Assembly: GCA_051439505.1 (NCBI GenBank) | Contig: JBFRWI010000129.1 | Span: forward strand, 1-25,599 | Length of the DNA stretch: 25,599 bases | Origin: Hormoscilla sp. | GTDB lineage: Bacteria > Cyanobacteriota > Cyanobacteriia > Cyanobacteriales > Desertifilaceae | Reading direction: 5' to 3' | Shown here: positions 19,123-25,599 of the stretch, piece after piece | How positions within the stretch are numbered: position 1 is the first letter of the stretch | How the letters are laid out: every line of letters begins with the position of its first letter | Program-made: the position numbers and the translations under genes | Notes under the pieces: model-generated | Seen by the model: the letters and a program-made list of their open reading frames with translations, nothing else | Databases searched by the model: none | Told to the model about the DNA's origin: nothing

Positions 19123-19254
19123 GAAGTTATCAGTTGTAAGTTGTCAGTTGACTGGTTCTGTGGCTCGGGGCCACGGAATGCATCTGGGAGGATCTGCCTG
19201 GTGGATTCGGGATTCCCTAAAAACGAGATCGAGTAGAATAAATAGGGGGTATAA

Positions 19255-22140
19255 ATGAGCGAAAATAAAAGTTACAAGGATACTGTCAACCTGCCCAAGA
19301 CAAGCTTTGATATGCGGGCCAATGCAACGAAGAGAGAGCCGGAGTTGCAAAAGTTTTGGGCGGAAAACCAGATTTACGAAGAACAGGCCCGGCGATCGCC
19401 TGAGTCGGACAGGTTCGTGTTGCACGATGGACCTCCCTATGCTAACGGTTCTTTGCATATGGGTCACGCTCTGAATAAAATCCTCAAGGATATTATTAAT
19501 AAGTACCAATTGCTGCAAGGGCGATCGGTGCGCTATGTTCCAGGTTGGGATTGCCATGGGTTGCCGATCGAGCTGAAGGTTCTACAGAAGATGTCTTCTT
19601 CAGAGCGACAGTCTTTGACTCCGTTAAAACTGCGGCAAAAGGCCCGGGAGTTTGCTCTCAAAGCGGTAGAGGAACAGCGTATTGGTTTCCAGCGCTATGG
19701 GGTTTGGGGTGACTGGACAGATCCTTATTTAACCCTGAAACCGGAGTATGAAGCGGCTCAAATTGCTGTATTTGGTGAAATGGCCCTGAAGGGCTATATC
19801 TATCGCGGTTTGAAGTCGGTTCACTGGAGTCCCAGTTCGCGAACGGCTCTGGCGGAGGCGGAATTGGAGTATCCTGAAGGTCATACTTCTGATAGCATTT
19901 ATGCGGCTTTCAAGCTGACGGCGCTTAACTCAAAGGCGGAACTGGAACCTTTTTTGTCGGAACTATGGGTGGCAATTTGGACGACGACTCCTTGGACAAT
20001 TCCGGCGAATTTGGCGGTGGCTGTGAATCCTGAGTTGACTTATGCTGTGGTCCAGTATAAAGTTGAATCGACAGCACAGAAATATTTGTTGGTAGCAGCA
20101 GAGGCGATCGGGCGCTTGTCGGCAACCCTGGGAACGGAGTTGCCGATTTTGGCAAAGGTAAAGGGCTCTGATTTGGAGTATTGTAAGTATCAGCATCCTT
20201 TATTCGATCGGGAAAGTCCCATAGTTCTGGGAGGAGATTACATTACCACAGAATCGGGGACGGGTTTGGTTCATACGGCTCCGGGTCACGGTCAAGAAGA
20301 TTTTATCGTGGGTCAGCGCTATAATCTAGCTGTCCTGTCTCCCGTGGATGAGAAGGGGAATTTTACTGATGAGGCGGGTCGGTTTGCTGGTTTGAATGTT
20401 TTGGGTGATGCTAATAAGGCGATAATTGAGGCGCTGCAAGAGGCGAATGCTTTGCTGAAGGAAGAACCTTACGTTCACAAGTATCCTTATGATTGGCGGA
20501 CGAAAAAGCCGACGATTTTCCGGGCGACGGAACAGTGGTTCGCTTCGGTGGATAAGTTCCGGGATGAGGCGATGCAGGCGATCGCTTCAGTAAAATGGAT
20601 TCCCGCTCAGGGGGAAAACCGGATTACTGCTATGGTGAAGGGGCGATCGGATTGGTGTATTTCTCGCCAACGTAGCTGGGGTGTTCCCATCCCGGTGTTT
20701 TATGATGAGGAAACGGGAGAACCCCTGCTGACGAAAGAGTCGATCGCCCAGGTGCAGGCAATTATTGCCCAAAAGGGTTCGGATGCTTGGTGGGAGTTGT
20801 CTGTAGAAGAATTGTTACCCGAGTCCTATCGCAACAATGGCAAAACCTACCGCAAGGGGACGGATACGATGGATGTCTGGTTTGACTCGGGTTCCTCTTG
20901 GGCGGGGGTGGCCCAAACTCGCCCAGAATTGTCCTATCCTGTGGATATGTATCTGGAAGGGTCGGACCAACATCGGGGTTGGTTTCAGTCCAGTTTGCTC
21001 ACCAGTGTAGCGAATAATGGCATGGCTCCTTACAAAAAGGTGTTGACTCACGGTTTTGTGCTGGATGAGAACGGACGCAAGATGAGTAAGTCCCTGGGCA
21101 ATGTGGTGGATCCGGCAAGCATCATTGAGGGGGGTAAGAATAAAAAAACTGAACCTGCTTATGGGGCGGATGTGCTGCGCCTGTGGGTGTCTTCGGTGGA
21201 TTATTCTTCGGATGTGCTAATTGGTAAGAATATTATCAAGCAGCTGGGGGATGTCTATCGCAAGATTAGAAATACGGCCCGGTTCTTGCTGGGTAATTTG
21301 CACGATTTTGACCCGGAAAAAGATGCGATCGCCTACTCGGACTTGCCAGAACTAGACAAGTATATGCTGCATCGGATCTCTGAGGTGTTTGAGGATGTGA
21401 CAGACGCTTTTACTCATTATCAGTTCTTCCGATTTTTCCAAACGGTGCAGAATTTCTGCGTGGTAGACTTGTCGAACTTCTATCTAGATATTGCCAAGGA
21501 CAGACTTTACATTAGTGCGCCTGGGGCTTTTCGCCGTCGCAGCTGTCAGACTGTGCTGGCAGTGGCCCTGGAAAATCTCGCTCGGGCGATCGCGCCAGTG
21601 CTGTGCCACATGGCGGAGGATATCTGGCAAAATATCCCCTATGCTACAGCTTACAAATCTGTATTTGCATCGGGTTGGATCGAGCTAAACCCCCAATGGC
21701 AAAACCCCGAACTGGCAGTATCTTGGCAACAGTTGCGAGAACTGCGCGCTGAAGTCAATAAGGTGCTAGAACAGGCCAGAACTGATAAGGCGATCGGTTC
21801 TTCTCTGGAAGCGAAGGTGTTACTCTACGTTGGGGATGTCAACTTGCGGCAAAAACTAGCATCTATGCTTCCCTCTCAGGGGATGTTGAATGGAGTGGAT
21901 GAGTTGCGCTACCTGTTTATTACTTCGGGCGTGGAACTGCTAGAGGATCCAGCAGTTTTTAGTGAGGCAGGGTTGCAGCATAGCTTGCAGTCGGAAATTT
22001 TGGGTGTAAGCGTGGGTGTGGTTAAGGCCGATGGCGAAAAGTGCGATCGCTGCTGGAACTACTCGACCCATGTTGGGGAAGATCCCGAACATCCGATTAT
22101 ATGCGATCGTTGTGTTGCGGCCCTGGCAGGGGAGTTCTAA
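19255..22140 (+). CDS. ileS: Isoleucine--tRNA ligase
   Basis: HDGPPYANGSLHMGH, KMSKS, GSDQHRGWF and C-terminal Zn finger CDRCW...CDRC. Confidence 0.99.
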   Translation: MSENKSYKDTVNLPKTSFDMRANATKREPELQKFWAENQIYEEQARRSPESDRFVLHDGPPYANGSLHMGHALNKILKDIINKYQLLQGRSVRYVPGWDCHGLPIELKVLQKMSSSERQSLTPLKLRQKAREFALKAVEEQRIGFQRYGVWGDWTDPYLTLKPEYEAAQIAVFGEMALKGYIYRGLKSVHWSPSSRTALAEAELEYPEGHTSDSIYAAFKLTALNSKAELEPFLSELWVAIWTTTPWTIPANLAVAVNPELTYAVVQYKVESTAQKYLLVAAEAIGRLSATLGTELPILAKVKGSDLEYCKYQHPLFDRESPIVLGGDYITTESGTGLVHTAPGHGQEDFIVGQRYNLAVLSPVDEKGNFTDEAGRFAGLNVLGDANKAIIEALQEANALLKEEPYVHKYPYDWRTKKPTIFRATEQWFASVDKFRDEAMQAIASVKWIPAQGENRITAMVKGRSDWCISRQRSWGVPIPVFYDEETGEPLLTKESIAQVQAIIAQKGSDAWWELSVEELLPESYRNNGKTYRKGTDTMDVWFDSGSSWAGVAQTRPELSYPVDMYLEGSDQHRGWFQSSLLTSVANNGMAPYKKVLTHGFVLDENGRKMSKSLGNVVDPASIIEGGKNKKTEPAYGADVLRLWVSSVDYSSDVLIGKNIIKQLGDVYRKIRNTARFLLGNLHDFDPEKDAIAYSDLPELDKYMLHRISEVFEDVTDAFTHYQFFRFFQTVQNFCVVDLSNFYLDIAKDRLYISAPGAFRRRSCQTVLAVALENLARAIAPVLCHMAEDIWQNIPYATAYKSVFASGWIELNPQWQNPELAVSWQQLRELRAEVNKVLEQARTDKAIGSSLEAKVLLYVGDVNLRQKLASMLPSQGMLNGVDELRYLFITSGVELLEDPAVFSEAGLQHSLQSEILGVSVGVVKADGEKCDRCWNYSTHVGEDPEHPIICDRCVAALAGEF

Positions 22141-22143
22141 ATT

Positions 22144-22180
22144 TGTCGCTTCAAAACTGTCGCTTCAAAACTGTCGCTTC
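22144..22180. repeat. 14-bp tandem repeat, about 2.6 copies, right after the ileS stop
   Basis: TGTCGCTTCAAAAC at 22144 and 22158, partial at 22172. Confidence 0.8.
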
Positions 22181-22200
22181 GTTGTGAGGGTTTGGCTGTC

Positions 22201-22220
22201 TTGGGGGGTGTAACCCCCCA
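22201..22220. terminator. GC hairpin downstream of ileS (possible terminator or REP)
   Basis: TGGGGGGTGTAACCCCCCA; no clear U tract. Confidence 0.35.
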
Positions 22221-22320
22221 GTCTATTGCCCCACAGTATCTTGCAAACCCTTCCAAGGACAACTTATGTTAAAGTGAGTTGGACAGACATCAAACGCTAT
22301 ATGCCTTAAAGGAGGGAAGT

Positions 22321-22803
22321 ATGAGCAGCGAAAAAAAACTACAGCCGAATGTATATACCGAGCGGAAATATAACTCCACGGTAGAGGTTGATTTTGATAT
22401 GGGGGTGAAGTACAGTGCCGCGTTATTGGCGATCGCCGGAGCAGATGGCGAGCTGGCGGAGGGTGAATTACAGTGGTATATTGACGAAGTAACTTTGATG
22501 GGAGCAAGCCTTGAGTACATTGACGCGATCCGTAACATCGACTGGAAGAGTGTTAACATTGAGGAGGTATTGAGCGAGGTTAAATTTGATTGTCCCCTCA
22601 ATATACGGCGAAGCCTGTTATACCAAGCAATCAAGATGAGTAGGGCTGATGGAGTATACCACGAACAGGAAAAAGCGGCTGTTGCGCGAGCTGCCCAGAT
22701 TTTAGAGGTGTCCCAGAGCGTGGTCCAAAGCCTCGAGTCCGTGGCGGAAATGGAAGATGCCTCGGAACGACTGCTGAGGCTCATACTTAGCAGCGAAGTT
22801 TAG
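22321..22803 (+). CDS. TerB family (tellurite-resistance-like) protein
   Basis: Two TerB motifs AIAGADGELAEGE and MSRADGVYHEQEK; RBS AAGGAGG before ATG 22321. Confidence 0.8.
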   Translation: MSSEKKLQPNVYTERKYNSTVEVDFDMGVKYSAALLAIAGADGELAEGELQWYIDEVTLMGASLEYIDAIRNIDWKSVNIEEVLSEVKFDCPLNIRRSLLYQAIKMSRADGVYHEQEKAAVARAAQILEVSQSVVQSLESVAEMEDASERLLRLILSSEV

Positions 22804-23084
22804 GGTTGCACCTGTAATGATGCTCCGTTCAACCTCTTTGAGAACAGTTCCAACTCGGCCTGTGCCATTGACAGATCGGAGCGTTCATCGGCTACCAACT
22901 TAAGCCGGGACAGCCCTAGATGGCCAGGCTTTCAGCCCACAGGAATTGCAGCTGTTCGCTAGGCCGAATTTGTCCCGCTTTACGTTGGTGGTCCGTTCTG
23001 ATGGCAACCAACTCCAACCTCGAAGAGTTAAAGATTGCTGGCCAATAATAGGCGAAAGTAAAAAACCTTAATAAGGAATAAGTA

Positions 23085-23765
23085 GTGATTTCGATACCCT
23101 CACAATACAAACCCAGAGTATTAGATCTAAAAACCCAAGAAGGTTGGCTTAATTGGTCCTTAGATTTTTTTACGAATCCAAATATCATTCAATCACCTTA
23201 TCTGCATATAACAATTCAACTGGATGTGACCAATGCTTATCAAAGTTATCAAAAAAATCTCGTTGAAGGAGCAACTTTTTTTAGTTTTTTAACTTGGCAT
23301 TTAGTGCAAACGTTAAAAAAACATTTTTGCTTTAATCTAAGATTAATTGAGAATCAATGGGTTATTCTTGACAATCCTCCTATAGTTATTCCTGTTGCGG
23401 TAGGAGGAGTAGAACGGTTTTGCGAAATTACTTTAGAAAATGTTAGCGAAATAAGTTACGAAAAATTTATTGGCCAATATCGTCAAAAATTAGATGGAAT
23501 TAGACAAAAAAAAGGTAGAAGAGTAGGAGCGGAAACTTTTTTGTTTTCCTGTGTATTCGGAAATTTACCTAATTTACAATTCACCGGATTCACTCTGATT
23601 TGGCAACATACGGAAATAACAGGTCAACCTTTTTTCTATTTTGGCAAACGCTATTGGCAAAATAATCAACTTTTGATTCCTTTTGTAGCTAGATTACATC
23701 ACGCTTGTACCGATCCTTTTGTCTTGGATTTATTACTGCAAGATTTTCAACAACGATTTGTCTAA
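23085..23765 (+). CDS. CatA-like O-acetyltransferase (chloramphenicol acetyltransferase fold)
   Basis: ITIQLDVT, FNLRL, NLPNLQFTGF, PFFYFGK and LLIPFVARLHHACTDP (HHxxxD catalytic motif); AAGGA RBS before GTG; AT-rich. Confidence 0.8.
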   Translation: MISIPSQYKPRVLDLKTQEGWLNWSLDFFTNPNIIQSPYLHITIQLDVTNAYQSYQKNLVEGATFFSFLTWHLVQTLKKHFCFNLRLIENQWVILDNPPIVIPVAVGGVERFCEITLENVSEISYEKFIGQYRQKLDGIRQKKGRRVGAETFLFSCVFGNLPNLQFTGFTLIWQHTEITGQPFFYFGKRYWQNNQLLIPFVARLHHACTDPFVLDLLLQDFQQRFV

Positions 23766-23787
23766 GAGAAAATTGTTGGGTACAACA

Positions 23788-23940
23788 GTCCGGACAGGAA
23801 CGAGATATATTTAGCAGTAGATGAAAAACCTTATGATGGAATATGAGCGCGAACCCATGGGCGAACTAATGCTAGAAAACCACCGCTTAAATTTAGTATT
23901 TTTCAACAAATCCGAGGAGATAATTGTCCAATGGATACAG
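23788..23940 (+). pseudogene. xisH: XisH family C-terminal remnant, frameshifted
   Basis: PDRNEIYLAVDEKPYDGI, frameshift, then REPMGELMLENHRLNLVFFNKSEEIIVQWI overlapping the xisI start. Confidence 0.7.
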
Positions 23941-24273
23941 AGAGTAAATATCAACAAATAATTGAGAAAATAATCGGAGATTATGCTCAATTGCGCTATT
24001 CCCATGGGCAAGTAGAAAGACAAACGGTTTTCGACCGAGAACAGAACCAATATTTATTAATGTTCCTGGGAAAAGAGGGTAATAAAATGGTTCATGGTTG
24101 CATAAATCATCTGGAAATTAGAGGCGATAAAATTTGGATTCATCGCGACGGAAGTGCAGATGGTATGGCAGGAGAATTGTTGGCAGCAGGAGTGCCAAAA
24201 GCCAAAATAAAAAATTGTTTTAGGATTTTATCTCCCAGAAACACGCGAGTTAACAGATTTTGCTGTTTGTTAA
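23931..24273 (+). pseudogene. xisI: XisI family protein with a 3' frameshift
   Basis: HGCINHLEIRGDKIWIHRDG...ELLAAGVPK; canonical tail KIVLGFYLPETRELTDFAVC* lies in another frame after the A-rich run near 24204-24214. Confidence 0.82.
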
Positions 24274-24351
24274 TTTGAGGTGCGATCGCCTCTTTTCCCA
24301 TGCGATCGCCTTAATGATTTCAGTCTGTTTTCAACCAACCGACCGAAACTT

Positions 24352-24397
24352 GTGGGCGTGGTCAAGCCGATGGCGAAAAGTGCGATCTCCCCATGTC
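24352..24397 (+). pseudogene. Displaced fragment of the ileS near-3' region
   Basis: GTGGGCGTGGTCAAG-CCGATGGCGAAAAGTGCGATC versus ileS 22012-22048 GTGGGTGTGGTTAAGGCCGATGGCGAAAAGTGCGATC; CCCATGT also follows in both. Confidence 0.8.
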
Positions 24398-24402
24398 CGG
24401 CC

Positions 24403-24444
24403 AATGATAGCTTCATAATTTTCATTGACTATACCAAGCATCAT
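24403..24444 (-). pseudogene. 5' stub of a clan AA aspartic protease gene
   Basis: MMLGIVNENYEAII starting at the ATGA overlap with the upstream gene; similarity ends at the ileS fragment. Confidence 0.55.
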
Positions 24445-24716
24445 AGGACTTTTTTCAGACTCCGGGATCCAAAACGATAAACAGCAGAATGTCCAATCCG
24501 AATCACCCAAGGTTGAGCATCGGGATATCGCTCGTAAAGTCGCTCTGTTGCTGTTATAGTATTTTCGGCAAGTTCAAACGCTCCCGTCTCTATGTCGATC
24601 GCGACTATTTTGCCGTGATTTCCTGCTTCTACTTGCGATCGCACCTCGGTTTCGTAGATGCGATCGCCACGTCGAGCAAATTCTTCTTTGCTGTATCGGG
24701 GTTGTCGGACTGTCAT
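24441..24716 (-). CDS. DUF5678-like small protein
   Basis: RYSKEEFARRGDRIYETEVRSQVEAGNHGKIVAIDIETGAFE...PDAQPWVIRIG; RBS AAGAGG; extended -10 TGGTAAAAT at 24747-24755. Confidence 0.8.
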   Translation of the reverse strand: MTVRQPRYSKEEFARRGDRIYETEVRSQVEAGNHGKIVAIDIETGAFELAENTITATERLYERYPDAQPWVIRIGHSAVYRFGSRSLKKVL

Positions 24717-24790
24717 CGGCTTGCCCTCTTTAACCTTTGCCCTGCTATTTTACCATTAAAGTATTATCCTCTCTCCTTTTCCTCGTTTCC

Positions 24791-24838
24791 TCGTTCCCTG
24801 ACTCTGGCAGGTAACGGAATTTCGAGGCTCTGCCTCCC
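24791..24838. repeat. CTCGTTCCC...GAGGCTCTGCCTC repeat family
   Basis: Similar to 670-716 (CTCGTTCCCGGGCTCTGCCTGGGAACG...GAGGCTCTGCCTCC). Confidence 0.6.
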
Positions 24839-24883
24839 ATCGCTGTTCAATAGCGAGACTCTATCCCGATTATAATCAAGGAA

Positions 24884-25195
24884 AGAGATATCTGGCCAAA
24901 TGCCCCAGGTAAACTTTTGTGAAGGGCGATCGCACATAAGGAGATCGGGTTGCGCCGGGGCACGGCGGTTGTTACATTCTACATCTGAACCGAGAATCTG
25001 TTGATGCCGTGCCCCTACAGGGTGTGACGGTTTATGGGGCGATCGCATGTATTGGGCATGACCTTGCATGGGGCGATCGCATGTATGGAACGAACGTATC
25101 GGGTAGGGGCACAGCGTCAGCGTATCGGCAAATTAACTGCTTTGCCCGAAAATTAGGTCACGCCGTGCCCCGGTGGTTGATGACCGATCGCATGT
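24884..25195. repeat. Inverted copy of the composite REP/HIP1 mosaic at 5501-6020, with a single unit
   Basis: Reverse complement matches 5588-5832 and 5971-6020, including spacer ATCAACAGATTCTCGGTTCAGATGTA and end GCCAGATATCTCT. Confidence 0.9.
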
Positions 25196-25217
25196 CTGAA
25201 ACGATCCCGATCGCCAA

Positions 25218-25260
25218 ATATCGTAGATTGGGTTTCGTGGAAAAACCCAACCTACGATAT
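25218..25260. terminator. REP-type long hairpin just downstream of the PEP-CTERM gene
   Basis: ATATCGTAGATTGGGTTT, loop, AAACCCAACCTACGATAT. Confidence 0.55.
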
Positions 25261-25286
25261 TACGAGATTACTGTTTGAGTAAAACT

Positions 25287-25598
25287 CTATTTCTTTTTCT
25301 TCTGCAAAACCGTTCCTAGTCCGAGAGCTACAACCATGCCAAAGATAGTGTTAGGTTCAGGGACACTTGTAGGCGTAGGCTCGAAACTTGCACCAATTAG
25401 CGAAACTTTATTGCCATTGGAGTCCAATGAAAATAAGTTCTCATAGATTTCGATAGTCCGATTTCCACCGTTAGCATTGAGAACATGCGTTCCTAGAGGA
25501 ACTTTAGAAGTTGTTAGAGTTCGCATATTATCAAAAAAGTCAGGTTCAACGGTTTCTGGTTCCAGGAGTAGGTCTCCAACAAAAGAACCATTAGATGT
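25287..25598 (-). CDS. PEP-CTERM sorting domain protein, C-terminal part (5' end outside window)
   Basis: ...TSVPEPNTIFGMVVALGLGTVLQKKKK*; frame open to the window edge. Confidence 0.88.
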   Translation of the reverse strand, partial: TSNGSFVGDLLLEPETVEPDFFDNMRTLTTSKVPLGTHVLNANGGNRTIEIYENLFSLDSNGNKVSLIGASFEPTPTSVPEPNTIFGMVVALGLGTVLQKKKK

Positions 25599-25599
25599 C

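Noticed and set aside
19123..19254. T-box riboswitch upstream of ileS
   Set aside because: No T-box consensus is visible and the leader is too short.

Overview
Cyanobacterial chromosomal window (dense HIP1 GCGATCGC, form IB rbcL-rbcX-rbcS, STRR heptamers and a PEP-CTERM protein; probably a filamentous Oscillatoriales-type organism, by inference). The core is rbcLXS, panB, an HstK-type Ser/Thr-AAA-GAF-His hybrid kinase, gnd, a Ycf66-family gene and ileS. Three accessory patches (about 0.7-3.5 kb, 5.5-7.2 kb and 22.2-25.2 kb) hold small TA-type and defence-type genes, several pseudogenes and many REP/MITE-like repeats. The most notable structure is that the cargo cassettes are bounded by displaced, diverged copies of the end of the upstream host locus. 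There are three copies of the 3' end of a Calx-beta/dockerin-like gene, a second copy of a near-3' ileS segment about 2.3 kb downstream, a 78-bp repeat downstream of rbcS, and a micro-duplication at the gnd stop. This suggests an integrase-free route of cassette accretion behind gene ends. Also present are a 120-bp MITE with a 9-bp target duplication and a composite REP/HIP1 element in two inverted copies about 19 kb apart.
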